Shown: positions 20,926-31,550 of the stretch, piece by piece
Layout of the letters: each line of letters begins with the position of its first letter
Numbering within the stretch: position 1 is the stretch's first letter
IMG/VR virus record: IMGVR_UViG_3300032167_000064
Span: 1 to 64,000 of that record
Length of the DNA: 64,000 nucleotides
From: an uncultured virus (IMG/VR IMGVR_UViG_3300032167_000064)
Taxonomy: Duplodnaviria; Heunggongvirae; Uroviricota; Caudoviricetes
Strand: one strand, 5' to 3'
Translations under genes and position numbers: made by a program
The notes under the pieces: generated by a model
Database searches by the model: none
What the model saw: the letters and a program-made list of their open reading frames with translations, nothing else
Told to the model about the DNA's origin: nothing

Positions 20926-21063
20926 AATACAAACCCTTTCTAGTTTTATTTTTTATTACTAGTAAGTTTTTATTATAGTAGCTTATTAACTATTAAACAC
21001 TGAATTAATAGGAAATAATTCCTTTGATTTTAATTTTATTATGAAAAAGGAGGTAAGAAAATC

Positions 21064-22071
21064 ATGGGAGTAAAGATTGGTAGTGCTCGTCTTGACGAAC
21101 GTGGAAAAATTACTGGTGGAGCCGCTGGAGATAATACCGGTAATGAGGTATCTTATCAGAATTGGTATAAGCATTCAAAAGGTTGGGTAGTAATCAGAGC
21201 TAAAGATGCTGCTGTAAGAAAGAAAATTGCTAATGCTATGAGAGCTGCTTGTACTAATAACAATATTGGTTATGATCAGTCAAACAGATCAGGATTATTT
21301 AACCTGGTAAAAAATCTTGGTTATGATCCTGCAAAATGTACTGTACCTACAGAGACTGATTGCTCAGCTTTGGTAAGAGTATGTAGTTGTTATGCACTTA
21401 ATAAGAAGATTAACGATTTTAATACATCTTCTGAAAAGAATGTACTTGTAGCAACTGGTGCATTTGATACACTTACAGATTCTAAGTATACTAATTCATC
21501 TGATTATCTTTTAGAAGGTGATATTTTAGTTACTAAGACTAAAGGACATACTGTTGTAGTACTTAATGATGGAGATAAAGCTTATATTGATATGAGTGGA
21601 GCTGCTACACCTACATTAAAGAAAGGTGATAAAGGTTCTGAGGTAAGAAGATTGCAGGACAATCTTAATAAAACTATCAAAGCTGGTTTGCAGATTGACG
21701 GAGATTATGGTCAGAAGACTTATGATGCAGTTGCAACATTCCAGGCTAAGTATAATTTATCAGTAGATGGATGTTATGGTCCTAAGACGGCAGCTAAGAT
21801 GGTTGATGTTCTTAACGGAAATGGTCCTGTAGTTACTGGACCGGTAAAAATTGCTACATATACTTTGAAAAAAGGTAATAAAGGTAGTAATGTAAAGACT
21901 CTTCAGGAGAATCTTAATATTGCTATCAATGCTGGACTTGAAGTTGACGGTAGTTATGGTCCTAAAGTAGAAGCTGCAGTTAAAGAATTCCAGAAAAAAT
22001 ATGGATTAGCAGTTGATGGTATTTATGGTAAGAATTCTTACAATAAGATGAAATCTTTGCTTAATGCTTAA
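21064..22071 (+). CDS. Cell-wall hydrolase (NlpC/P60-like Cys-His) with two PG-binding domains
   Basis: ETDCSAL, KGHT; two LKKGxKGSxV..LQ.NLN...L.VDG.YG repeats. Confidence 0.85.
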   Translation: MGVKIGSARLDERGKITGGAAGDNTGNEVSYQNWYKHSKGWVVIRAKDAAVRKKIANAMRAACTNNNIGYDQSNRSGLFNLVKNLGYDPAKCTVPTETDCSALVRVCSCYALNKKINDFNTSSEKNVLVATGAFDTLTDSKYTNSSDYLLEGDILVTKTKGHTVVVLNDGDKAYIDMSGAATPTLKKGDKGSEVRRLQDNLNKTIKAGLQIDGDYGQKTYDAVATFQAKYNLSVDGCYGPKTAAKMVDVLNGNGPVVTGPVKIATYTLKKGNKGSNVKTLQENLNIAINAGLEVDGSYGPKVEAAVKEFQKKYGLAVDGIYGKNSYNKMKSLLNA

Positions 22072-22147
22072 CAATTATCCCTAGTAGAGAAATCTACTAG
22101 GGATTTTTTACCGACTAATATACTTATGATTAAAAGGAGGTATATTA

Positions 22148-22396
22148 ATGATATTCAAATTCAGATCTGATATTAAACTAAAAAGAGGAGATAAAGGAAA
22201 AAGTGTAAAAGAACTACAAGAAAACCTTAATAGTATTATAGATGCAGGTCTAGTAGTTGATGGATATTTTGGATATAAGACAGAAAAGAGAGTAAGAGAT
22301 TTTCAAAGTAAATATGGTTTAATGAATGATGGTATTTATGGAAAAGAATCTCACAATAAAATGAAATCTATTATAAATAATACATATTGGAGGTAA
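22148..22396 (+). CDS. Stand-alone peptidoglycan-binding domain protein
   Basis: LKRGDKGKSVKELQENLN...VDGYFG. Confidence 0.8.
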   Translation: MIFKFRSDIKLKRGDKGKSVKELQENLNSIIDAGLVVDGYFGYKTEKRVRDFQSKYGLMNDGIYGKESHNKMKSIINNTYWR

Positions 22397-22401
22397 ATAT
22401 T

Positions 22402-23004
22402 ATGCAATTTGGATTAAAACCTGTAGTAAGTTATACTACAAGAGGTAAGAGAGAAAAAGAAACAGAAGGAATAGAGCATTATTTTATTACTCCTGAAGAA
22501 GCTAGGGTAAAGCTGGAAACAGAACAAATTCTTGCTTATACTAAAATCGGAGAAATTGAATACTTTGCTACGGTAGAAGCCTTAAATGGTTCTAATCTTT
22601 ATATTATTGATCCCAAAGGTATTAAATATCTTAAGTCTCATTTCCCAAAAATGAATCTTAATGTAATTTATATTATGACAGATGAAGAACTCAGAATGAA
22701 AAGAGCAAGAGAAAGAGACAATGAGGATTTTATTAAATCTTTTGAAAAAAGAAATGCTGCTGAGAATGAACAATTTTCTGAATTTGAACAGAATAAAGAA
22801 TGGGATATATTATTAACAAATAATGGAGATCCTAAAGATTGTATTCAGGAATTTTATGACTATGTAGTAGGTAAACAGTGGGATGATATTAAGAACGGAT
22901 CTGAACCCACATTGTTTTTAGTAGCAGGAAGATCAGGATCAGGCAAAGATTACATAACAACAGAAACAATTAAAAGATTTGAATTAAAGCCGTTGGAGAG
23001 TTAA
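22402..23004 (+). CDS. gmk: Guanylate kinase-like protein, circularly permuted
   Basis: VSYTTR.KRE.E.EG.EHYF at N-terminus; P-loop GRSGSGKD at C-terminus. Confidence 0.8.
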   Translation: MQFGLKPVVSYTTRGKREKETEGIEHYFITPEEARVKLETEQILAYTKIGEIEYFATVEALNGSNLYIIDPKGIKYLKSHFPKMNLNVIYIMTDEELRMKRARERDNEDFIKSFEKRNAAENEQFSEFEQNKEWDILLTNNGDPKDCIQEFYDYVVGKQWDDIKNGSEPTLFLVAGRSGSGKDYITTETIKRFELKPLES

Positions 23005-23183
23005 TCTCCAACGGACTTTTATTTTAATTAGAAAATACTACATTTGTTACTTCAAGTGAACACCATTATTCAGAATAGAATTGTGTACCCGTTGCTATCA
23101 TTTTCAATAATATATAATATTACATTTCCTAAAATTCTTAATCCTGATGAAACTCTAGAAAACTATATGATAGTTGAAATACT

Positions 23184-23555
23184 AATAATGATTTAGCTAA
23201 TTTAACTCAATGGGAAAAAATTGGTCCATATACAGGCAAAGTATCATCAGGAAGTTTAGGTATTGGAGTTGCAACTTCTGTTATGGAAGTTATTGTAGTT
23301 GCAAAATTACAAAATAATAATAATGTTATACTTTCTGTACATATACCTTATATATACAATAGTACTAACAATACTTCTGGTACATCATATACAAAAATAA
23401 GAAGTGGATATTTTCAAAATGGTTCCAATGGAGGATATGCAGATTTTGCAATAAATGATTCTGGAAATTATATTCAACTTCATAATGCTTATTTAAATGG
23501 AAACGATGTATCTAGTTCTACAGTATGGGAAGTTTATTATCGTTATAAAATATAA
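23184..23555 (+). CDS. Start-less fibre-tip cassette C4
   Basis: Site at 23186-23196; NNDLANLTQWEK in frame with ORF 23283..23555; homologous to C10 C-terminus. Confidence 0.75.
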   Translation, partial: NNDLANLTQWEKIGPYTGKVSSGSLGIGVATSVMEVIVVAKLQNNNNVILSVHIPYIYNSTNNTSGTSYTKIRSGYFQNGSNGGYADFAINDSGNYIQLHNAYLNGNDVSSSTVWEVYYRYKI

Positions 23556-23596
23556 ATAAAATATCCTCTAGGGTTTATCACCCTAGAGGATTCTTT

Positions 23597-24814
23597 TTAA
23601 TCGTTTTCTTTTTTATCTAATTCATCAAGCTTATCATAGTCAATAAACAAACCATACATTCTGTCTTTAAATTTCTTCTTAGACAACGCAATTCTTAACT
23701 CACGATACTGATTACATACATATTCCCAATGCTTTCTCTCACTATCATTCATTGTTTCTGTAGCAAGATAATCTTCAAGTACACCGAGTCTTGTACTGAT
23801 ACTTCTCATGATACCGTAAGCTTCTGTAGGTTCTGTACAGTTCTTAACTTTCAAAGCAAGCTCATAGAGATCGTTTTCAATACCTCTCAATCCATTTCTC
23901 TTAAGAGATTTAAATAAAGAAAATTCATTCAAACTACTTACATTCTTCTGCACAAAGAATTCATTAAGAGATACACTCTCTTCAAGAACATTACCTTCTA
24001 TACGATCGATAGATGTAAGAGTTTTTTCAATCTCGGCAATTTCCAGTCTAGATGCTGTAAATGATCTAGAATCTTTCAGAGTGTTCTTAACAACACCAGA
24101 ATAGATATTCATATTACGATACATTGTAAACATCCAGTTCAAAATAACCGCACTCGGAGATCTAAGCGATTCTCCTAATCCCTGTAAAGAAGAATCAATT
24201 TTCTGCCTTGCAGATACAATATAACTCTCAAGATTACAAGCCTGAATAGAGGTATTCATAGTAAGATCGTCCGGATTCTCTACAAATAACATACTACTTA
24301 ACTTGAATAATGTGTCCTTGATAGCAAAGATAACAAGTTGAGCATAGTTTACAGATTCTCTAATACGAACAACATCTTCATTCTTTAACATGATCTTATC
24401 AACTTCAAGTCTGATCTTATCAAAGATATCATAATCATCCATCATAGAAGAGATTTCATATACAGTCACTGCTGCTAATTCAGTCTCATTCAGACCGATA
24501 TCAAATAACTTACTATCGAATTCAATCTGATACTTATTCAGCTTAACCTTTTCATCGGTAGTAAGAATAACTGCTGCATCTGAAGGACTCATATTCGGAT
24601 TAATACGGATACCGAAAAACTGCTTGTCAGTATTGTTTGTATATAAGACGTTAATACAATGATTATCATCAAATACATTATTGATAGCAGCCTTTAAGTC
24701 GTTAAGAATAGACATATCAGGTGTAATTACTCTATCTTCCGGTTTAAGGTAAAGAATATTGAGAAATACAGATTCAAGTTTTTCGATTTTTTCTGCTAAT
24801 AATTCGATATTCAT
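23597..24814 (-). CDS. Putative virion structural protein
   Basis: 405 aa; late-promoter-like 24868-24879. Confidence 0.5.
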   Translation of the reverse strand: MNIELLAEKIEKLESVFLNILYLKPEDRVITPDMSILNDLKAAINNVFDDNHCINVLYTNNTDKQFFGIRINPNMSPSDAAVILTTDEKVKLNKYQIEFDSKLFDIGLNETELAAVTVYEISSMMDDYDIFDKIRLEVDKIMLKNEDVVRIRESVNYAQLVIFAIKDTLFKLSSMLFVENPDDLTMNTSIQACNLESYIVSARQKIDSSLQGLGESLRSPSAVILNWMFTMYRNMNIYSGVVKNTLKDSRSFTASRLEIAEIEKTLTSIDRIEGNVLEESVSLNEFFVQKNVSSLNEFSLFKSLKRNGLRGIENDLYELALKVKNCTEPTEAYGIMRSISTRLGVLEDYLATETMNDSERKHWEYVCNQYRELRIALSKKKFKDRMYGLFIDYDKLDELDKKEND

Positions 24815-24975
24815 ATTCTCTTATCTCCTTACTTTTGTTATAGTCATAAAGCAAAATATGCTTGTATTATCTAATTGTTAAACTTTCAGTTTTCAATTAT
24901 ATATTATAGTAATGAATATAGTACTACTAATGATATTTAATTCAAAATTACATAAGAGAAAAGGAGGAATATGAT

Positions 24976-25374
24976 ATGTCTAATAGTAACTATATAGAAT
25001 TTAGAAAGTGGCTTAAACATTTTGCAATGTTGGGAGAAGAGGACAAATCATGTTATCCTTTTCCTATTTACAAAAGAAGATTTGATAAATCGAGCATCAA
25101 ATCACAACTGTCCGTAATATATACAAATTATAAGATAATCATGAATAAAGAAATTGATGAATATGGAAAAAATAATATCATCGATAGCATTATATCTGAC
25201 AGGTATGAAGTTCTTAAAAGTCTCGGTAAATCTATTCAAGAAACAAACAATAACTCCGAAACATTTGATACTGTAAATCAATATCTTAACAATTGTGTTA
25301 TTATTAGAGATGAGATTTCTATGTTAATGCATGAAAAAGATCTTGTAGAAAGACATATCAGAAAAATAAAGTAA
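24976..25374 (+). CDS. Hypothetical (probably early) protein
   Basis: SD aggagg; TATATTAT motif upstream. Confidence 0.65.
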   Translation: MSNSNYIEFRKWLKHFAMLGEEDKSCYPFPIYKRRFDKSSIKSQLSVIYTNYKIIMNKEIDEYGKNNIIDSIISDRYEVLKSLGKSIQETNNNSETFDTVNQYLNNCVIIRDEISMLMHEKDLVERHIRKIK

Positions 25375-25439
25375 AATTCCTGTTACAATAATCCTCCAAA
25401 AACAATATATTAATATTGAAAAGGAGGATTATTGTAGCC

Positions 25440-26609
25440 ATGAAAGATACCTCTGTTATAGCAAACGAGCTTTATTTTTTGGTTTCTGATAAGCTCGATA
25501 AAAACAGTAGAAAATTTAAAGCGATGATTGGAAATTTTATCAATACAAGACATAAGGAACTTTATGCAACCGCACCTTATGATAGGATATTCTTTAATAG
25601 AAAAGATGTAGAGAATATTTTTTCTTCTCTTGGAATTGATGAAAATGAAGTAAAAACTATTATGGATAAATCTTTCTTGATGCATATTGATTGTAGACCT
25701 AAATGTGCACAGGAACCTTATGTTCAAGTTTTAATGTGTTGTATCAGATATTATCTAAAAAATAAAGATAGACAGTCTGCTGAAATTACAACAATATTTA
25801 CTTGCTTTACTGGAAAATTTTACGCTTCTCTTCATAGTAATTTCTGGAGAACTTATACACCTAGTGAAGCAGTAATGGAATATGTTATTAATAATATGCT
25901 TTCTGATAAATTTGATCTTAAAACAGAAGGTACTATATTTGGAGCTATTAAGAAATTATGTATTACTTGGCTCGATAAGTATAGTTCTAAGTTAACTAAT
26001 AATACTGTTTCAGATGATGATATCAAGCAGCTCATTCAGCAGTTAAGAGATAGAGAAAAATCATTCTTAAAGAATATTGCTAATCTTTATTATGAAGCTT
26101 CTGAATCAAAAGCTTATATGAATTACGAAACTGATAGTTTAGATCCTGATGATTTTAGAATTACAGACTCTGATGCATTAAAAGCAGCAAGATTAACTGA
26201 AGCTGCTGTTGGGTTGATGACTTCTCAGAAGATTGATTTGAAATGTGTTGCTAATTGTCATGATCATAGAGTATCTTCTAAGAATATTATGACTATTCTT
26301 GAAAGTATATTATCTGATAATGAGAATATTCCTAATTTGAAATGGGTAGTCAATGTTCTTATTTGTGACTTTATGTCAAACTATCCTGGAAAAGAAGTAG
26401 GTGGAGCAGATTTCTTATCTTATACTATGAAATCTAAACCTAATACTAAGAATGAATATCTTCTAAAGATGAAACAAATTGTTTATAATTGGTTGAATAG
26501 AACTGATGTGTTTAGAAAATGTAAGTCTGATATAACTATGAATAGTTATTATCGTTCTATTCTTATGTATTTCGCTTTGATGGTTTCTAAAGTAGCATTA
26601 AAAGGATAA
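25440..26609 (+). CDS. Hypothetical protein
   Basis: SD aggagg; AACA-N6-TA at 25401-25412. Confidence 0.7.
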   Translation: MKDTSVIANELYFLVSDKLDKNSRKFKAMIGNFINTRHKELYATAPYDRIFFNRKDVENIFSSLGIDENEVKTIMDKSFLMHIDCRPKCAQEPYVQVLMCCIRYYLKNKDRQSAEITTIFTCFTGKFYASLHSNFWRTYTPSEAVMEYVINNMLSDKFDLKTEGTIFGAIKKLCITWLDKYSSKLTNNTVSDDDIKQLIQQLRDREKSFLKNIANLYYEASESKAYMNYETDSLDPDDFRITDSDALKAARLTEAAVGLMTSQKIDLKCVANCHDHRVSSKNIMTILESILSDNENIPNLKWVVNVLICDFMSNYPGKEVGGADFLSYTMKSKPNTKNEYLLKMKQIVYNWLNRTDVFRKCKSDITMNSYYRSILMYFALMVSKVALKG

Positions 26610-26666
26610 AATATCCCCTAGGAGTATAAGACTCCTAGGGGAATTATTTGTCTAAGATCCTGATAT

Positions 26667-28061
26667 TTACAGAAGTCTGTCTTTTGTACAAGTGTATGTC
26701 ATATGCTTGCAAGGTTCTTTACAAGAATATCCTCTCCACATACAACGAGGAAGAATTAATTGTTCTCCTGTTTTTTCTCTATCTTCTACCATAGATACTA
26801 ATCTTGCTGCGTTAAGAGGCGATACTTCTGTAAAGATATTATTTTTGATATTATGCCAGCTAAATTCAAACATAAGTCTAATCTGATCACAAGTAATATC
26901 CATAATTTCTTTTTGAGCTCGCATACATACTCTTTCTTTACATTTAAGATAAAAGTTTTCGAAAAGACCTTGTTCATGAATAAATAACATAGTAGCTTGA
27001 CATACAACATTAGAATTATTGTACATATCTCTCATGTCATTTTCCCATTCTTTAATATCTTCTTCTTTTTGCAGAATATAAGGTGTATACCAAGATTCTT
27101 CAAAAATGTTTACAATAGTATAGTCTATTGTTCTATGACGCTGTTCCTGAGCAAGACATGCAAAACTATACATATTATACATATTATATGCATCATGTTT
27201 TATATAGCTATGATACTGTTTTCCAAAACCAAAAGGTTCATCTCTTTTGAAATTAGGAAGACAACCATTGATGAAAGCTTGTCTTTCATGCTCATAAACT
27301 GGCTCATAAAATTTAATTCCGATATCTTTATGATCAACAAGAACAGGATTTTCTTTATCCATATTCAAAGCAGCTCTAAATTCATCTGCTAATTCTTCTG
27401 CTTCTGCAGCAATCTGGGTAAAGTAATTAAATCTTGTCTTATAATGAGGAACAATAATATTATTCTCTATCATATCATTGATAGTTTTAGCCATCTTATC
27501 AAGCCATTCACAAAGAAGAATAACTCTACTAAAAGAAATTGTAAACATCATTACTGTAGGAGTAAATACAGATAAGAAATATCTAGCATTCTCTAATGCT
27601 AATTTCTGAACCTCTTTATCTGTATAACTATCGCCATATGTATCTTTAATGATACCCTGAAGTTTCTCTGTCCATTTTTTATAATACTTCTTTTCAATCT
27701 CAGTCTCAGGATTCATACTAGTATATCTACCTGACTTTTCAGAAGTAGCATATAACTTAGTAGAATTAAGCACCATAGCCATAGCTTTGCTCGTTTCAAT
27801 AACAAAACTAAAATGAGCATGTTCAAATACAGAATAATGACCAGATTTAGTATTACCACCTGCTCTCTTTATAGCAGTTACATCATTTTGAATACCATTT
27901 GACAAATAATCATCAGGCATATAACAAATACCTGCAGCTTTGCCGGAAAATACAATAGCTTCATCTCTCATAGCATCCGGATTAAAGAAAACATTATTCT
28001 TAGCTTCACCATCTACAGGTTTTTCAACTGTTCTTGCAACAACTGTTACTTTTTGTTTCAT
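26667..28061 (-). CDS. thyX: FAD-dependent thymidylate synthase (tandem ThyX-type)
   Basis: GHYSVFEH, SEKSGRY, ENARY, AQEQRHR. Confidence 0.8.
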   Translation of the reverse strand: MKQKVTVVARTVEKPVDGEAKNNVFFNPDAMRDEAIVFSGKAAGICYMPDDYLSNGIQNDVTAIKRAGGNTKSGHYSVFEHAHFSFVIETSKAMAMVLNSTKLYATSEKSGRYTSMNPETEIEKKYYKKWTEKLQGIIKDTYGDSYTDKEVQKLALENARYFLSVFTPTVMMFTISFSRVILLCEWLDKMAKTINDMIENNIIVPHYKTRFNYFTQIAAEAEELADEFRAALNMDKENPVLVDHKDIGIKFYEPVYEHERQAFINGCLPNFKRDEPFGFGKQYHSYIKHDAYNMYNMYSFACLAQEQRHRTIDYTIVNIFEESWYTPYILQKEEDIKEWENDMRDMYNNSNVVCQATMLFIHEQGLFENFYLKCKERVCMRAQKEIMDITCDQIRLMFEFSWHNIKNNIFTEVSPLNAARLVSMVEDREKTGEQLILPRCMWRGYSCKEPCKHMTYTCTKDRLL

Positions 28062-28245
28062 ATTGATATCAACCTCCAAATTTTTATAGTATTATAAAGT
28101 TTTATATATTATAAATTTTGACAATACTAACTTAAATTTAATGGTTAGACTGAATTGCCATCTGGTTAATCATTCCTTTAAGACACATTCTACAAAAGAG
28201 TACCCCTAGGAGTGTTAAACTCCTAGGGGTATTTATTCATATGAA

Positions 28246-28689
28246 TTAGTTTGTTTCTTCTGCTGCATTATCAGTAGCACCTTTAGCAGCTCTTGCTTTC
28301 TTGATATACTCTTTCTGAGCAATCTTAGCAATACGAGCAGCCTTAGCACCATACTTGTTAAGAATCTTTGTAGCATACTCTTTCTTAAGTCTGCTATACT
28401 TAACCAGCTTATCAAAGTCCGGAGACTTAGCAGCCTTAGCTAACTGATAAGAAGTTAATTTAACACGACGGTTAAAATCTGATTCAAGAGTATTCATACG
28501 AACCAAAGCATTCTTCTTCAGAACTCCCTGCTCTACAAGAATAGCTGCTTCCTGAGATTCACAGAACTGAGCGATCTGCTCACTGCTTCCTCTAAGAACG
28601 TCATCGATCAGAAATAATTCCAACAGTTCAGCATCTTTTGCAGCTTCTTCGATAGAAGCAATATGTGTTGTGCCATATAAATCTGCCAT
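28246..28689 (-). CDS. Highly expressed small protein, probable virion component
   Basis: Codon bias; acidic N-half, basic C-half; SD aaggagg. Confidence 0.55.
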   Translation of the reverse strand: MADLYGTTHIASIEEAAKDAELLELFLIDDVLRGSSEQIAQFCESQEAAILVEQGVLKKNALVRMNTLESDFNRRVKLTSYQLAKAAKSPDFDKLVKYSRLKKEYATKILNKYGAKAARIAKIAQKEYIKKARAAKGATDNAAEETN

Positions 28690-28887
28690 TTTGATATCCT
28701 CCTTAAAATCGTATTAATATTGCTCAGAATCAGCATTTTCTAAGCAGTATCATGGATAATTATTTTATTATGGAAATAAAATTATCTCTATTTTATTACT
28801 ATTAATGTTAAAAATTAACCCCTGTAAATTGAAAAATTAACTCAATTTTTACTCATATATAATAATTATGATATATTGGAGATTATT

Positions 28888-29028
28888 ATGGATAAAAATA
28901 ATATGGTGAGATTTATATCGTGTTCTCAAGCAGAATATGATAGTAGAACAAAAATAGATGATATTGATAATCTATCTAAAGAAGATTCTAGTAATAAAAA
29001 TAAAGAAGAGGAGAATAGCAAAGAATGA
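28888..29028 (+). CDS. Small protein (46 aa)
   Basis: SD ggag; ATGA overlap with polymerase. Confidence 0.45.
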   Translation: MDKNNMVRFISCSQAEYDSRTKIDDIDNLSKEDSSNKNKEEENSKE

Positions 29029-31256
29029 TAATTTCAGAAAGTCCAACTCTAGTCAAATATAAGGAGACTATGAGACAATGTATTCGTTTATATTATCCTG
29101 AAGCTCCCGATACAGATATCAATGCAGCTATTGATTATAGTATTAATAAGAGATTGCAGAATGCAAATGCAAAAATATCCAATTCTTATAAGAGATATAA
29201 AGTTACAAAAACAGATCAATTCGGAAATCCATATCAAGAATATGTAGAACCTGTACAAAATATAAGCTTACTTAAGTTGTCAGACTATATCTTAGCAAGA
29301 GAACCTATTGTAACAGCTTTTGGTACAATGTTTAAACATCATGGAACAGTCCCTAATCCGTTAATGGAAGTAGTACAATCATTCTTGGATAATAGAACTA
29401 AACATAAGAAGCAAATGTTTCAATTCCCTAAGGGTTCTGAGCAATTTGAGAAATTTAATTTGCTTCAAAGTTTGGATAAGATCGATGCTAATGGTATTTA
29501 TGGATGTCTTGGACAGTATACAGCTTTAATATATAATCCAAACGTTGCCACTAGTATTACATCTCAGGGTAGAGCTTCTGTATCTTCTATGGCTCTTCAT
29601 TTTGAAATGTTTCTTGCAGATAATGTAAAGTTTGGGTCTTTAAATGAACTTGTAGAATTTGTAAATCATATTTGTAGTGAAAGAAGACAGAGAATGTTTA
29701 ACGATTCTCTTGTTCTTAATCATATTCCTACAAAAGAAGAATGCTTTGCAAAGCTTGTATTAGATACAGGATATAGATGGGTACCTAATGATGCTGAACT
29801 GGATATTATTTGGAAGATTGTTAACAATCTTACTCAAGAAGATATTACAAGAGTTTATTATAAGAATAATCTTTATGAGTTTGCAAGTAATACTTATGTA
29901 TTTAATATTATCAAGAAAATGCTTAAGAATTTGCAAAGACCATTTTATACATCTGCAAAAGTTCCACCTGAAATTGCAGAAGATATAAATGATTTGAAAG
30001 ATTTGATGATGGAATATGTATATTATAGATACATGTATATTGATAGAATTGATCGTTGTGATAATATGATTAAATCGGTTACCATGGTATCAGATACAGA
30101 CTCTACAATCATTTCTGTAGACGCTTGGTACAGATTTGTAGTAAATCAGATCAATGAAGAAGAGCTTCGTATTGCAAATTATTGTCCGGATCCAATTATG
30201 TTTTTGGATAAGAATGAAGATGGTGAATATGATTGTAAAGAATGGATGAATCATCTTAATTTTGAACCTAAACAGTATGATTATGATTTTAATACAGATG
30301 AAATTGTAGAAATGGAAAGATTTAATAAACCTGAAGTATTGACAGCAAATGATAATGTAAGATATTCTATTATCAATATCATTGCATATGTTCTTGATAA
30401 TACAGTCAATGATTATATGGTTAAATATTGTCAAAATACAAATTCTGTAAAAGAAGAATATCATCCTGCTAAAGAATGCAAGGTATATGCAAAGAATGAA
30501 TTCCTTTTTAAACGATTACTTATGACTTTGGTAAAGAAGAATTATGCATCAATAATGGAAGTTCAGGAAGGAAATATGGTTCCAGAAAAGAAACAGCTTG
30601 ATGTTAAAGGTATTGAAATTCTTACTAAGTCTAGTAAAGCTTTAAGTACAAGAAAAGCTCTTCAAAAGATATTACTTGATGATATCCTTCGTGCACCTGT
30701 AATTGACCAGCTAAAATTTGTTAAAGATATTGCTATATTCCAGAAGCAAATTGTAGATTCTGTGAAATCTGGTAGTAAAGAATTCTATAAACCTGTAACT
30801 ATAAAATCTATGTCTGCATATGATGACCCTATGCGTATTCAAGGTATTAAAGCATCTATTGCTTGGAATATGATTAAACCTGCTGATGTAGAAGCAATTA
30901 ATTTGCAGGAAAGAAATGCTGTAGATATTGCTAAAGTTCAAATCGATATGGCAACTGTAGATAGAATTAAAGATACTTTCCCAGAAGTATATGTTAATAT
31001 CTTAAATGCTCTTGATGATGATACTTTCAAGACTTATGTAAAGAATCCTAAGACTGGTCAAAAAGATAAATTAACAAGTAATGAGATTGTTGCTGTAGCA
31101 ATTCCTCTTGATACTGTACTTCCTGCATGGTTAGAACCATTTATCGATTACGATTCTATTCTTGCAGATAATCTTAATGGATTCCCTTATGAAAGTATTG
31201 GTATTAAGAGATTAGGTAAGAATAATATTAACTGTACAAATATAGTACAGTTATAA
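29025..31256 (+). CDS. Family-B DNA polymerase, polymerase-domain subunit (split, phiKZ/AR9 type)
   Basis: KIDANGIYG (motif B), SDTDS (motif C), KKNYA, LDVKG; no exonuclease domain evident. Confidence 0.85.
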   Translation: MIISESPTLVKYKETMRQCIRLYYPEAPDTDINAAIDYSINKRLQNANAKISNSYKRYKVTKTDQFGNPYQEYVEPVQNISLLKLSDYILAREPIVTAFGTMFKHHGTVPNPLMEVVQSFLDNRTKHKKQMFQFPKGSEQFEKFNLLQSLDKIDANGIYGCLGQYTALIYNPNVATSITSQGRASVSSMALHFEMFLADNVKFGSLNELVEFVNHICSERRQRMFNDSLVLNHIPTKEECFAKLVLDTGYRWVPNDAELDIIWKIVNNLTQEDITRVYYKNNLYEFASNTYVFNIIKKMLKNLQRPFYTSAKVPPEIAEDINDLKDLMMEYVYYRYMYIDRIDRCDNMIKSVTMVSDTDSTIISVDAWYRFVVNQINEEELRIANYCPDPIMFLDKNEDGEYDCKEWMNHLNFEPKQYDYDFNTDEIVEMERFNKPEVLTANDNVRYSIINIIAYVLDNTVNDYMVKYCQNTNSVKEEYHPAKECKVYAKNEFLFKRLLMTLVKKNYASIMEVQEGNMVPEKKQLDVKGIEILTKSSKALSTRKALQKILLDDILRAPVIDQLKFVKDIAIFQKQIVDSVKSGSKEFYKPVTIKSMSAYDDPMRIQGIKASIAWNMIKPADVEAINLQERNAVDIAKVQIDMATVDRIKDTFPEVYVNILNALDDDTFKTYVKNPKTGQKDKLTSNEIVAVAIPLDTVLPAWLEPFIDYDSILADNLNGFPYESIGIKRLGKNNINCTNIVQL

Positions 31257-31346
31257 ATGCTAGATCAATAATATATTATAATATTGATAAAATAAGATTC
31301 TTGTTACATTGATATAATAGAAATACCAGAAAAGGAGGTATTAATT

Positions 31347-31484
31347 ATGGGACCGAATATTGGTTTAATTACAGAACAGGGAGACCTTGGTTTAGGTTTT
31401 GATGTCCTTAATGAAAAGGACCAGTCTACTTATCAGAATGAAAGTAATAAGAATACTGATAATGATGACAAGAATGATAAATAA
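31347..31484 (+). CDS. Small acidic protein (45 aa)
   Basis: SD aaggaggt; followed by hairpin. Confidence 0.55.
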   Translation: MGPNIGLITEQGDLGLGFDVLNEKDQSTYQNESNKNTDNDDKNDK

Positions 31485-31550
31485 GATTCTTATAGAGTCC
31501 TTAGGAGTGAAATATCTCCTAAGGATTTTAGCTTATTTTTGGTAGCAATA

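Noticed and set aside
23020..23182. Possible decayed minus-strand cassette back-to-back with C4
   Set aside because: Interrupted by stops and lacks the TAATGATTTAG site; cannot be supported.
29025..31256. Intron or intein in the polymerase or RNAP genes
   Set aside because: Frames are continuous and no intein terminal motifs or homing-endonuclease signatures were seen.
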